Source of the DNA: Methanothermobacter sp.
GTDB lineage: Archaea; Methanobacteriota; Methanobacteria; Methanobacteriales; DSM-23052
DNA: 32,000 bases
Direction of reading: 5' to 3'
NCBI GenBank assembly: GCA_030055615.1
Contig: JASFYN010000004.1
Location: forward strand, 123,213-155,212
The position numbers and the translations under genes were made by a program. Of the stretch, positions 7,807-17,610 are shown piece after piece. Below the pieces are notes generated by a model. That model was not told the origin of the DNA, made no database searches, and was given only the letters and a program-made list of their open reading frames with translations. Each line of letters starts with the position of its first letter. Positions within the stretch are counted from its first letter, which is position 1.

Positions 7807-9005
7807 TGTCCCACCATTTTTTCTATCTTTTCTTGGATTTTTATGATCTTTTTTTGTCCGTTACCTCCTATGAGTATTCTATGGTATTTTCTGCTAAAAT
7901 TTTTTAGTAATTTGATGATCTCATCGGTGCCTTTTGCGGTTAGCACTTTTGATGGTAGGTTTTTTGCATGTTCTATGCTGATATTTACTGTGTCTTCGAG
8001 GCCTGGGAATAATACTAGGATTTTTGGGGGTTTTTTACCTATTTCTTGGAGTGTTTCGAATCTCCAGTCTTCGTTTTTTCTTGGGGTTCCGAGGAATATA
8101 ACATCAAAATCAGTTTCTTGTAGTATTGTTTTCATGGCTGAGGGATTGTCAATTTTCCCTATGATGATATTTGTATCATCAAATTTATAATTTTTTATAC
8201 GCCCTTTTGGAGCTTCGAAGTCCCTTAGAGTGGATTTTATTATATCTTCTGGCACTCCTAGTAGCCTGGCCGCTTCTGCGGCGGCTCCTGCGTTTAATTT
8301 GTTGAATTTTCCAAATAATTTGAGTTTTCCATTGTATGCATTGTATAGTATTGATTTTGGGTTTTTTAATTGGAATGAGAGTGGGTCTTCTTTGTTGAGT
8401 AGCACTTTTTTTCCTTTTATGAATTTTTTGAGGCTTTTTTTGTAGTTTTTGATGGTTTTGTGGTGGTTCATGTGGTCTCGGCCTATGTTGGTTAGGATTA
8501 TGAGGTTTGGGTTGAAGCATTGGTCTGCGAAATCTAGTGTCATGTCGCATATTTCTACGACTATTATATCGTATTTTTTTTCTGAGGCTTTTAGTATGAG
8601 TTCGGTGTAGCCTTGGAATCCTCCTCCAGCGTTCCCACCTACTAGGACTTTTTTACCCCACTTTTTTAGTATTTTTGTTATCATGAGGGCTGTTGTTGTT
8701 TTGCCATTTGTTCCTGTGACCCCTATGGTATATGGTTTTTTGTGGTCTTCTAGGATGTTGCAGAGTAGTTTGTCTTCTAATTTCTCTTTGAGTGGTGAGG
8801 AGTAGAGGCTTGGGCTTAACATTACAGCGTCACATGCTCTTATTTTTTTCAGGTCATGGAAGCCCAAGTCTACTTCAATATCTTCTAGGCCCTTCAAGTT
8901 TAGGTTGGTGTTGATGTCAGTGGCGTATACTTCGTATCCACGTCTTCTAAGTGATTTAACGGCTTTTCTGCCTTCGACGCCTAATCCTATCACTGCGACT
9001 TTCAT
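7803..9005 (-). CDS. Mur-ligase family protein (pseudomurein peptide ligase paralog), MurD-like, no zinc ribbon
   Basis: 400-aa ORF. Motifs seen: AVIGLGVEGRKAVKSL Rossmann and P-loop GVTGTNGKTTTA. The C-domain motif is degenerate (KIDNPSAM instead of D-x-A-H-N-P). Confidence 0.85.
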   Translation of the reverse strand: MKVAVIGLGVEGRKAVKSLRRRGYEVYATDINTNLNLKGLEDIEVDLGFHDLKKIRACDAVMLSPSLYSSPLKEKLEDKLLCNILEDHKKPYTIGVTGTNGKTTTALMITKILKKWGKKVLVGGNAGGGFQGYTELILKASEKKYDIIVVEICDMTLDFADQCFNPNLIILTNIGRDHMNHHKTIKNYKKSLKKFIKGKKVLLNKEDPLSFQLKNPKSILYNAYNGKLKLFGKFNKLNAGAAAEAARLLGVPEDIIKSTLRDFEAPKGRIKNYKFDDTNIIIGKIDNPSAMKTILQETDFDVIFLGTPRKNEDWRFETLQEIGKKPPKILVLFPGLEDTVNISIEHAKNLPSKVLTAKGTDEIIKLLKNFSRKYHRILIGGNGQKKIIKIQEKIEKMVGQ

Positions 9006-9041
9006 AGTGGGACACCAGAATAAGGGTTATTATCAAGGTTA

Positions 9042-11555
9042 TTATCCTGTTTGGATTGTTGAGATTCCACCATTTTTTTCTATTGTGAATGTGTGGTCTG
9101 CGAGGTTTTCTAGTTCTTCTTCGTGGGATACTATTATTATCTGTGAGCATTCAAGTTCGTCTAGTATTTCTCTGAGTTTTAGGAGTTGTTCTTTGCTGAA
9201 TCCGTCTGTTGGTTCGTCTAGTATGAGTATGTCTGATTTTATTGTGGAGTATCTTTGTATGATGGTGTTTAGTGCTAGTCTGTATGCCAGTGCTACGCTT
9301 GTTTTTTCTCCTCCGCTGAGGTGTTCTATGTCTTGTTCGTAGCCTCCTTGTTCTATGATGGGTGTGAAGTTTTCGTCTATTCTTACGGTTTTTTCATTGT
9401 CTTCTACGAGTTTTTGGAACCAGCGTTGGAAGTGGCTGTTGAATTCTTGGTTTATTTGTAGCATTACATGGGTTTCGATATCGTGGAGTGTTGGTATGAA
9501 GTATTCTTTGAGCCATCTAACATATTCTTTTAGTTTTTTTATGGATCTTTTTATCTTTTCTTTTTCTTTTATCTGGTCTTCTAATTCTTTGATTTCTTTT
9601 TTTATCCTTTTGAGTGTTCCAATGGTTCTTTGGTGTTTATTTTCACATTCTCTTATCTTTTCCATGATTTTGTCTAGTTTATTCTGGGTTTGGTCTCTTT
9701 TTTCTTTTATTTTATCTTTTTTTTCTAGTATTTTGTCCAGTTTTTTGATTTTTTCCTTTGCGGCTTCTATTTGGCTTGTTTTTTCCTTTATGATTTTTTT
9801 GTTTTCTTGGTATTCCATGTTTTGTGTTGGTTTTAGTTTTCTGATCATTTCTTGATGTGATCTTATGGAGGCGTTTATGTTGGCTATTTTTTCTTTTAAT
9901 TTGTCTCTTTCACCTTCTAATCCAGTTTCTTCTGTTTTAAGCCGTTCCATTTCACTTTGTATGCTGGATTTTGCTTTTATGCTCTCTTCTAGGTCTTTTA
10001 TCATCGTTTTTATCTTTTTTGTTTTTTCTTGGATTTTTTCTATTGCCTTATTATTTTTTTGGCGGGTTTGTTCCTTGTCTTCTAATTTTTCTTTGAGAGT
10101 TTCTAGTTCCCTTTTGGCGTTTTCATATTCTATTATTTCTTCTTTGAGCTTCTTTTTTTCTTTTATTTTTGTCTCGTATTCTTTTTTTGTTTTTTCAAGT
10201 TCTTTTTTCTGGTCTTGTTTTTCTTTGAGTTTCTTTTTGATTTTGGATGGGTTGACTGGGGCTCCGCATGTTGGACATGTTTTTTCTTCTTTTATTGAGG
10301 AGTAGTCATTTATTTTAGCGTTAACTTCTCCTATTTTTTCCTCTGTTATCCCTATTTTTCTCCTGTATTTTTCTATGGTTTCTTCGACTTCTGTTAGGCT
10401 TTGATTGGATGGTTTTTTAATCTTTTCCAAGTTTTTGATTTTTCTGGTGATCTTGGATTGTTCTTTTTTGATTTTTTCGTTGTCTTTTCGGATTTCTTGG
10501 AGCCTTTCTAGATGCTCTTGCTCTTGGTCTTTCAAGTTTTTTAATTGGTTTTTGCTTAATGGTATGCTCTTATAGTCTTCTTGGATGTTCTCTATTCCCT
10601 TTTTTATAATTTTTAAGCGTTCTTCCACCCTTTTTAGTCTCTTTTCTTGTCTTGATTTTTCTTTTTCTTTTTTATCCTTTTCTAGAATGTGTCTTCTATA
10701 TTCTTCCTCTATTTTTTCATTTTTTTTCTTGGCATCCTCTATTTGCTCCCATATAATATCAATTTTTTCTGTCAGTCTCTTTTTTCTGCCTTCGGCATCT
10801 TTAACCTTTTCATATGCTCTTTCAAGCTCCTTAAGATCATATTCTACAAGCTTTCTCTTCTCTTCTAATTTTTCCATTTCATCTTCTATTCTCCCGATTA
10901 AAAGCCTGTATTTGTGTATTTCACTTTTAATATCATCTTTTTTATCCTTTAATCTTTGGAGGTCGTGTATTCTCTCTTTGAGTTCATCAGCCCTCTTTTC
11001 AATCCTAACCGCCACTATATTAGCGTTAGTGGCGGCTATCTTATAATCTTCCAATCTTAAAGCCTTTCTAATTGTCTTAAGCCGGTCTTCAGGGTTCATA
11101 TTTATTATATTTTTCATCTCTTCTTGTGGGGTGAAAACAGCATACCTGTAAATGTGGCTTTTTGCACGCGGATTCAAAGGCTCATTATACTCCAATATTT
11201 TAAGTATCATATCCTTCATCTCTGTCGGTCTCAAATTTATCCTGCCATTCTCTGTTTCGATATAACATTCACCCTGGCTTATACTACCATCAGTCCTTCT
11301 AAGGCTCCTATAGATAGTGTAGGTTTTACCATCCACTTGGAATGTTAGGGAAACATGACCCCTATTTGAGCCTATACGGAGTAGACCAGCCCCTCTTTGA
11401 CCTCCAAGACCAAAAAGGGCGAATTCAACCGCCAAGAGTATTGTTGTCTTACCAGAACCGATATCACCCTTAAATAATGTGACACCACTAGAAAAGTTTA
11501 TCCTTGCCTCCCTATAACTTCGAATATTCTTAAGTTCTAAGGATTTGATAATCAT
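9042..11555 (-). CDS. rad50: Rad50 DNA double-strand-break repair ATPase
   Basis: 837-aa ORF. Motifs seen: Walker A GDIGSGKTT, a long K/E-rich coiled coil with central zinc hook CPTCGAPV, signature LSGGEKT, Walker B ILILDEPTDGF, and H-loop IIVSHE. Confidence 0.95.
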   Translation of the reverse strand: MIIKSLELKNIRSYREARINFSSGVTLFKGDIGSGKTTILLAVEFALFGLGGQRGAGLLRIGSNRGHVSLTFQVDGKTYTIYRSLRRTDGSISQGECYIETENGRINLRPTEMKDMILKILEYNEPLNPRAKSHIYRYAVFTPQEEMKNIINMNPEDRLKTIRKALRLEDYKIAATNANIVAVRIEKRADELKERIHDLQRLKDKKDDIKSEIHKYRLLIGRIEDEMEKLEEKRKLVEYDLKELERAYEKVKDAEGRKKRLTEKIDIIWEQIEDAKKKNEKIEEEYRRHILEKDKKEKEKSRQEKRLKRVEERLKIIKKGIENIQEDYKSIPLSKNQLKNLKDQEQEHLERLQEIRKDNEKIKKEQSKITRKIKNLEKIKKPSNQSLTEVEETIEKYRRKIGITEEKIGEVNAKINDYSSIKEEKTCPTCGAPVNPSKIKKKLKEKQDQKKELEKTKKEYETKIKEKKKLKEEIIEYENAKRELETLKEKLEDKEQTRQKNNKAIEKIQEKTKKIKTMIKDLEESIKAKSSIQSEMERLKTEETGLEGERDKLKEKIANINASIRSHQEMIRKLKPTQNMEYQENKKIIKEKTSQIEAAKEKIKKLDKILEKKDKIKEKRDQTQNKLDKIMEKIRECENKHQRTIGTLKRIKKEIKELEDQIKEKEKIKRSIKKLKEYVRWLKEYFIPTLHDIETHVMLQINQEFNSHFQRWFQKLVEDNEKTVRIDENFTPIIEQGGYEQDIEHLSGGEKTSVALAYRLALNTIIQRYSTIKSDILILDEPTDGFSKEQLLKLREILDELECSQIIIVSHEEELENLADHTFTIEKNGGISTIQTG

Positions 11556-12811
11556 AAAAGATCACCCAATGACTTATCAAGTGACAATACACGTATAGCA
11601 TCCTTAAACATCCCCTCTTCATAATCTATTCTGCGCTCATTAGGTTCCCTATCCCTCCTTAAAACTGCCAAGAGTTCCATGGCAACATCAACATCACACT
11701 CTCTGAGAATGTCTAAGTCTTCCCTGTTCTCCTTGAAAAGGCTCTTTTCAACCTGCGGAACATCCTCTACCCTAATCCTTATCTTTCGTCTTTCACTGCG
11801 CCTGAGACCATGACGGTTTATGTTAACATGTAAAGCCCCCATCCCTATGAGCAAATCCCTTATCCTCAAGGGGTCTATATCGGCTGTTTTACCTGATGAA
11901 AGCTCGCCCAAAATCTTCACCATAACAAGCTTATCTTCAACATCATAAACCTGGAGCTTAGAGATTATATCATCCATAGCCTCATGGGAGCTTTTACCCG
12001 TAACATCATATTCAAAATAGGCATATTCAACAAGGTCCAAGGGCAGAAAACTCGCACTCTGGATAGTATCATCAAATTCTATAATATAAAATCCCCGTTC
12101 TTTGCCCTTGGCATTTGCTTCAAGATCAGTTGCATATGATCCAAACAATGGCCCAGGGTATACTATCAGGCCATAATCTTCTTCATATTTTTCTATCCTC
12201 TCATGTAAGTGACCCCCAGCATAATAATCAAAACCCTGGGGGAAAAGGTTTAATGGTATAGACTCCATTTCTGAAAGATGTGCTGGTTTAAATTCTGTTA
12301 TGGCACTATGAAAAAGGAATATCTTAAACCCTTCTTCGGCCTCTAATGGGCTCTTGTCCAAGTGTCTGAACTGTTCTATTTCCATGCTCATTCTACGGGC
12401 TGATATACCTGTAAGTTTCGCCCCGGTCCTTGGGTCGACGGTAAAATCAAGAGTATACCCTTTTTTTCCTTGGCGGATTCTGTCCACCTTTTTTAGCAGG
12501 CCTGCGCTTTCAAGCACGTCGATCATTGATGTTCTGGTTGGACTGTAATCATGACTCCCATAACATACATATACTGGTATTCCAGCCTCTTTGAGTCCTT
12601 TTAGTATTTTAGCGACTTCTTTGACAACTTCCATATTGGGTATGTTGGAATGGAACAAATCCCCTGATATTATGATAAAATCAACTTTTGAATCGATAGA
12701 TTTTTTAATGGCCCTTCTGAAACTTTCAATTTCTATGTTTTTTAGTTCTGTGTATCTGTGGGCTCCGAGATGGCAGTCTGCTAAATGAGCGAACTTATAC
12801 ATGATCTGCAC
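11552..12811 (-). CDS. mre11: Mre11 nuclease
   Basis: 419-aa ORF with calcineurin-like phosphoesterase motifs DCHLG, GDLFH, GSHD and GGHLH. It has an ATGA overlap with rad50. Confidence 0.95.
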   Translation of the reverse strand: MQIMYKFAHLADCHLGAHRYTELKNIEIESFRRAIKKSIDSKVDFIIISGDLFHSNIPNMEVVKEVAKILKGLKEAGIPVYVCYGSHDYSPTRTSMIDVLESAGLLKKVDRIRQGKKGYTLDFTVDPRTGAKLTGISARRMSMEIEQFRHLDKSPLEAEEGFKIFLFHSAITEFKPAHLSEMESIPLNLFPQGFDYYAGGHLHERIEKYEEDYGLIVYPGPLFGSYATDLEANAKGKERGFYIIEFDDTIQSASFLPLDLVEYAYFEYDVTGKSSHEAMDDIISKLQVYDVEDKLVMVKILGELSSGKTADIDPLRIRDLLIGMGALHVNINRHGLRRSERRKIRIRVEDVPQVEKSLFKENREDLDILRECDVDVAMELLAVLRRDREPNERRIDYEEGMFKDAIRVLSLDKSLGDLL

Positions 12812-12814
12812 CTG

Positions 12815-14380
12815 TTATAAGTCTTCAGGGGATAAGAGTGGGGGTTTCTCTTTTGTTTTGTTTATTTTGCCCTTAATATGTTCTTCGAATAGTGGTATTT
12901 TGATGGGCACCGCAAATTTCGTGAATACACTAGTCACTATAGCCTCTCCCCTGTCAAGGCTTGCTATTGTCCTATTATCATCTGAAAGGTCCTGTGAGGC
13001 GCTTGCTATGATCTCGGATCTTTCTTGTGACATTTCATTTCCTAGGATTATTTTTGTGTTCATATTTGCAAGGATTGTCCTGGGGATTAAGGTTACGAGT
13101 TGTGTTATGGCAACGAGTCCAATGTTAAATTTCCGGCCTTCCCTTGCTATTGTACTGTAAATGTTATGGCCTTGTTTTTCTATGACTTCTTTGCCAAGGA
13201 CTCTTGGAGCTTCTTCGATCACTATACCGATGATGGGTTTGTACTTTAATGTGCCCTTTGCTTTGTATTTTTGGTACTTGTTGAATATTGCCCCGACAAT
13301 TATGCTACCTACTAATAGTTCTGCTTCTCCTGTTAGTCTTGAAGTGTCTATTATAACAATCTTACCATCTTCTAGGGATTTTATAATGTCTTTGATTGTT
13401 GATTCTCCACGATCTGTATTGAATACGTTCCCACGGGATTTTAGCTGACCGTTTTTCGTGTAGATTCCTAGTATATTGTCGAATTTTCTCTTTATAACGC
13501 CTAATGTTCTGGGGTTTACTCCTTCAATTTCTTCTTCTTGGATTATGCTTGGTATCCAGTTTTCTTTGTATATGTTATGGTAACGTTTTAGAGCGTCTCT
13601 TTGTGCATCTGTAAATTCAACTATACCATCGAAATGCTCTGGTTTTATGGATTTAAGGTTTATCCTTAGGGACTCTACCATCCCTTGGACGTTGGATGCG
13701 TCTGGGGAATAATATATGAGTTTTTCCTGGTTGGGATGATCTTTTAATCCTTGTTCGTTCCTGCCATAGTATTCATCATGGGGGTCGAGGACTAGCATGC
13801 CTATGTTTTCTATGTCCATGAGTTCCCAGAGCATCACTTTTACTAGGTTACTTTTTCCTCTACCTGTTGTCGCCGGTATGAGGATATGATGTGGTATTGC
13901 TTCTTTGGCATCAACATGTATACTTGTCTTAAGTTCTTTGGAGCCGCTTCTCACATTACCTAGGTAGAGTGGATTTTCTATCTTCTCTTCCATTAGAAAT
14001 TTAAGATCATCATCCTCTATGCGTCTTACAGAATTGAAAAAATTGGGGAGTGTTTTGGGCAATTGCGGTTTATCATCTCGTATTTGGAGTATGGGTTTAG
14101 CCTCTGCAATTATATAATTTCTAAGCTTCTCGTCTAGGAATTCCATGTGGGAGCCGTGACCTTCAAGTTGGAGTCCTGAAGCAAGTTCTCTCATGATCTG
14201 TGGGATTTGTGAATGATAAACTAAATCTTTTACTTGCAGGATGTTATAATTGCCATCACTTTCTTCTGCGACTAATAAGTCTCCAAGTTCTATCTTTGAA
14301 CCACTCTTTTCCCTTATAAAAATCTTGGAAGTCTCTCCTCCTATGATCTGGCCTACAACATCGATTTTTGACCCCCCCAC
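12815..14380 (-). CDS. herA: HerA hexameric helicase/ATPase
   Basis: 521-aa ORF with GTG start. It has an N-terminal barrel-like segment ([15 protein letters not shown]...), Walker [10 protein letters not shown] and Walker B-like VIEEAP. It ends 3 nt before mre11. Confidence 0.9.
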   Translation of the reverse strand: MGGSKIDVVGQIIGGETSKIFIREKSGSKIELGDLLVAEESDGNYNILQVKDLVYHSQIPQIMRELASGLQLEGHGSHMEFLDEKLRNYIIAEAKPILQIRDDKPQLPKTLPNFFNSVRRIEDDDLKFLMEEKIENPLYLGNVRSGSKELKTSIHVDAKEAIPHHILIPATTGRGKSNLVKVMLWELMDIENIGMLVLDPHDEYYGRNEQGLKDHPNQEKLIYYSPDASNVQGMVESLRINLKSIKPEHFDGIVEFTDAQRDALKRYHNIYKENWIPSIIQEEEIEGVNPRTLGVIKRKFDNILGIYTKNGQLKSRGNVFNTDRGESTIKDIIKSLEDGKIVIIDTSRLTGEAELLVGSIIVGAIFNKYQKYKAKGTLKYKPIIGIVIEEAPRVLGKEVIEKQGHNIYSTIAREGRKFNIGLVAITQLVTLIPRTILANMNTKIILGNEMSQERSEIIASASQDLSDDNRTIASLDRGEAIVTSVFTKFAVPIKIPLFEEHIKGKINKTKEKPPLLSPEDL

Positions 14381-14393
14381 AATTGTTGGATCT

Positions 14394-15488
14394 TTAATCT
14401 TTGATTATATTCGCTATCATGTTTAATCTTTCATGAGCATCAAGCGCCCTTATATGAGATTTCAACTCTTCTAGGAGATCATCTGATAACGCTGAAAGTA
14501 TTCTTGTCCTGTACAGTTTCACTTCATCCATACGTACTCTTGCATTAAGATCAGCGTCTATGAGACCATATGGGTAACCAGGGAATGTGGGATCAACTGT
14601 GTTTTCGCTAATAGCAGATACTACTTCCACTTCATCATGGCCTGTTTTAAGAAGGTCCATGCGAAAAATATAATCTGTGAGCTTGTGTAATTTAACAGCC
14701 ATTATAATAGAACCTGGATGTTCACTCTTCACCTTTTCTTCTGCTATTGGATAATAGCACCACCTATCATAATCGTTATATTCGGCAAATTTTTTAATGG
14801 ATGCTATTAGAGAATTTCCTGTATTTGTTGATAATGTTGATGTTTTTGAAAGGCCTGCAAAGTTAACCCCCATTTTATAGGCGGTTTTCATTACTTTATT
14901 TAAGTATTCGTTTTCGCGTTCAAATGATGCTTGGAGTGAACCATCCTTCACGAGTATGTCACCATCATCGAGCTCCTTTTTTACTATATGCGTGCTGAGG
15001 CTCCATTCAGCGAATCTGCGGGCAACTGAAAACATTCTACTCCTCTGGTAGAAGTCTGGGGGGCCTGGAAGCGTAACCTTTAAATTCTTGGGGAGATACT
15101 TTCTATCTTCTTCTGATAGTGGGAATATTTTCACTTTACCTATCTGCTTATCTTCGGATTCATGGACATTGAGATAGGATAGGAACTCTATCTTCTCGGG
15201 CATCCCAGAGAATGGTCTTTGACGTTCTTTACCCTTGAAGAGGTTAAAGTATACTCTGTTTATTTGGAGTGAGAATGTCGGAGCTTCTAGTATGGTGTTG
15301 TTCCCCCCGTCGACGAAGGCCATTAAACGCGGTTCAACATCTTTGAGGGGTTTGAAATTGTCTTTGTTGAAATCATAAACCTTATAATCCCTTGATTGTA
15401 TATATGGCTTGCCAAGTCCCCTGTTAACATCTTCTTCAAGGGCTTTAATTATCTTTTCAACAACCCCCAATACTATAACCCCCACCAC
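14394..15488 (-). CDS. nurA: NurA 5'-3' nuclease
   Basis: 364-aa ORF with NurA-type acidic motifs MAFVDGGN and [12 protein letters not shown] 15488 lies inside a palindrome. An alternative TTG at 15470 has GGTGGGGG 8 nt upstream. Confidence 0.85.
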   Translation of the reverse strand: MVGVIVLGVVEKIIKALEEDVNRGLGKPYIQSRDYKVYDFNKDNFKPLKDVEPRLMAFVDGGNNTILEAPTFSLQINRVYFNLFKGKERQRPFSGMPEKIEFLSYLNVHESEDKQIGKVKIFPLSEEDRKYLPKNLKVTLPGPPDFYQRSRMFSVARRFAEWSLSTHIVKKELDDGDILVKDGSLQASFERENEYLNKVMKTAYKMGVNFAGLSKTSTLSTNTGNSLIASIKKFAEYNDYDRWCYYPIAEEKVKSEHPGSIIMAVKLHKLTDYIFRMDLLKTGHDEVEVVSAISENTVDPTFPGYPYGLIDADLNARVRMDEVKLYRTRILSALSDDLLEELKSHIRALDAHERLNMIANIIKD

Positions 15489-15499
15489 GTAATACGTGG
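15485..15499. promoter_or_regulatory. perfect 7-1-7 palindrome CCACGTA-A-TACGTGG between the ybjQ-like stop and the nurA start
   Basis: Read directly from the sequence. It covers the candidate GTG start of nurA (15486-15488). It could be a hairpin in the mRNA or a dimeric protein-binding site. Confidence 0.3.
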
Positions 15500-15503
15500 G
15501 GTT

Positions 15504-16085
15504 TTATTCTTTTTCTATTATAACGGCTGTACCATAAGCTAGAATCTCTTGCATGACATTGGATATGGAATCAGAGTCAAATCGTGCGCTTATAATAGCG
15601 TTAGCTCCAAGTTCCCTTGCATGCTCTATCATACGATTAATAGCTTCTTGGCGTGCATGTTCCATCATAGTAACATATTCTTTGATTTCCCCGCCGACTA
15701 AGGATCTTAGACCGGCCCCTACTTGGCCTCCAAGGTCTCTGCTCCTGACTGTAAGACCGTAAACGAAGCCTATGGTTTCAACGGCACGATACCCTGGGAC
15801 ATAATTTGAACTTACAACAATAATATCCTCATATTTACTAGGTGCTGGTGGTTTTTCTTCTTCTAAGCGTCTTTCTTCAAGTTTGGTGCCGCATTCTTCG
15901 CAAAAATTGGCTTCAGGCCCATATTCTCTATTACAATTTGGACAATACTTTATGGGCGTCTCTACTCCTTCTTCTGGGAGGTTTGAGGGTTTAACCATTC
16001 CTTTTTTTCTTTTTTCTTCTAATCTTCTTTTCATCTCTTCGGTTGATACCATAGTGTTCACCAAATTTATTTTTCTAATTTTCAA
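15504..16085 (-). CDS. zinc-ribbon / YbjQ (UPF0145, heavy-metal-binding-like) fusion protein
   Basis: 193-aa ORF. It has an N-terminal K/E-rich segment and ribbon CPNCN...CEECG. The C-terminal 105 aa match the YbjQ pattern (VPGYRAVETIGFVYGLTVRSR...GANAIISARFDS...AYGTAV). Confidence 0.85.
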   Translation of the reverse strand: MKIRKINLVNTMVSTEEMKRRLEEKRKKGMVKPSNLPEEGVETPIKYCPNCNREYGPEANFCEECGTKLEERRLEEEKPPAPSKYEDIIVVSSNYVPGYRAVETIGFVYGLTVRSRDLGGQVGAGLRSLVGGEIKEYVTMMEHARQEAINRMIEHARELGANAIISARFDSDSISNVMQEILAYGTAVIIEKE

Positions 16086-16188
16086 TGTATATATGGGTAA
16101 CCGCTGGGGTTTTTATTATTGTAATCGATGGCGCACCGTGATGGGTGTACAATTTCTTAAATATTAGCTTTGCTAGAAATGTTATTCT

Positions 16189-17574
16189 ATGAAGCTTCGA
16201 AGGGCTCTTACATTATTTGATGTGGTGAACCTTGTAATCGGGACTATTATCGGTGCTGATATTTATATTGTGGCTGCTGTTGGTGCAGGGGTCCTTGGAC
16301 CCGCATCTATACTATCATGGTTTATAGCCGGGGTTATGGCGATTATAATTGCACTTGTATTTGCCGAATCTTCATCAGTATTAGCTCGTGTAGGCGGACC
16401 CTATGCGTATGCTCGGCATGTATTTGGGGATTTTATAGGGTTTCTTGTGGGCTGGTCTCTTTGGGTGTCATCATGGGTGGCTATAGCGGTTTTTCCTGTT
16501 GCATTTGTTTCATATTTGCTCCATTTTCTGTCATTGGATCCTATTCTACAAGCTGTTGTTAAGGTCGTTTTCATAATTTCTTTAACTTTGGTAAATTATA
16601 GGGGCGTGGAAATGGCTGGTAAGGTTAATGATGCTTTGACTGTTTTGAAGCTGGCTCCACTTTTTATTTTTGCCCTTGCTGGTTTGGTTTATTTTTTAAT
16701 GGAACCTGATGTTCTCCTGGCTAATTATACGCCCTTCGCACCCTATGGTCTTGGAGGAATGGGTAGTGTTGTTGTATTAGTGTTCTGGGCTTATGTTGGG
16801 TTTGAACTTGTAACAGTACCATCTGATGAGGTTATAGACCCTAAAAGGACAATACCGAGGGCTATAATCATTGGGATGGTATTTATAATGTTCTTTTATC
16901 TTTTAACGAATTTTGTCATATTAGGTGTTGTCCCTTGGGGTCTTCTTGCAGGTAGCAAGGCACCCCTGGCACTTGCAGGTTACATGCTACTAGGACCCGG
17001 TGGGGCTCTTCTCATGGCATTGGGGGCTCTATTTTCAATATCTGGTTCTGAGGAGGCAGGTATACTTTCTACTGCGAGGATATTATATGCTATGGCTTCT
17101 GATGGTCTTCTTCCAAAGGTCTTCGCTTCGGTACATCCAAGGTACAGAACACCCCATGTTAGTTTGGTTTTCCAGAACTTAACAGCGATGGTAGCGGCGA
17201 TTTTAGGAACGGCCACGCAACTTATTAATATTTCTGTGTTCACTTTACTCTTCTGTTACATTTTAACTTGTATTTCATTACCTTTACTCAAGAAGGGGAG
17301 GATACCTATTAAGGCTATCCTAGGATTTTTTGTATGTGTTTATCTTATGGTGAACTGTTCAGTTGACTCTATACTTTGGGGTCTGCTTTTAACTTTTATT
17401 GGAATCCCATTATATTTGAGGTATGCAACTCATCAACCTGATATTTATGTTAGGAGAATAGCAGGGCAACTACAAGAGAGCATACTGGTAAGGAGAGAGA
17501 GGAGATTCCTTGCAAGATTTTTGAGATTAATGTTCATTCTTATAAAAAAATTGAAAAAGGTAATGGCTTTCTGA
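16189..17574 (+). CDS. APC-superfamily amino acid / polyamine permease
   Basis: 461-aa ORF with about 12 hydrophobic segments. The N-terminal GTIIGADIYI and FAESSS motifs are typical of APC transporters. Confidence 0.9.
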   Translation: MKLRRALTLFDVVNLVIGTIIGADIYIVAAVGAGVLGPASILSWFIAGVMAIIIALVFAESSSVLARVGGPYAYARHVFGDFIGFLVGWSLWVSSWVAIAVFPVAFVSYLLHFLSLDPILQAVVKVVFIISLTLVNYRGVEMAGKVNDALTVLKLAPLFIFALAGLVYFLMEPDVLLANYTPFAPYGLGGMGSVVVLVFWAYVGFELVTVPSDEVIDPKRTIPRAIIIGMVFIMFFYLLTNFVILGVVPWGLLAGSKAPLALAGYMLLGPGGALLMALGALFSISGSEEAGILSTARILYAMASDGLLPKVFASVHPRYRTPHVSLVFQNLTAMVAAILGTATQLINISVFTLLFCYILTCISLPLLKKGRIPIKAILGFFVCVYLMVNCSVDSILWGLLLTFIGIPLYLRYATHQPDIYVRRIAGQLQESILVRRERRFLARFLRLMFILIKKLKKVMAF

Positions 17575-17591
17575 TCACTGGAATCTTCATC

Positions 17592-17610
17592 TTTTTAAAT
17601 CTTTTTTTTT
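17592..17610 (+). terminator. oligo-T terminator candidate for the permease gene
   Basis: A T5 run (17592-17596) and a T9 run (17602-17610) lie 18-36 nt after the stop codon. Archaeal termination uses oligo-T tracts. Confidence 0.5.

Noticed and set aside
8185-8550. 121-aa minus-strand K/R/P/Q-rich ORF. Similar R/N/K-rich ORFs occur at 1482-1697, 19971-20291 and 31032-31391.
   Set aside because: These are alternative frames inside well-supported genes (ligase, DUF6506-like, GGGPS, HMG-CoA reductase). Their composition is a frame-shifted image of the real codons.
9700-10900. Highly repetitive-looking T/C-rich DNA considered as a tandem repeat or CRISPR-like array
   Set aside because: No fixed-period direct repeats with unique spacers are present. 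The pattern is explained by lysine/glutamate codon runs of the Rad50 coiled coil.
9355-11046. Four plus-strand ORFs (146-166 aa, S/F/L-rich) across the rad50 locus
   Set aside because: They are antisense shadows of the K/E-rich Rad50 coiled coil. They have low-complexity composition, no motifs, and are fully contained in a high-confidence gene.
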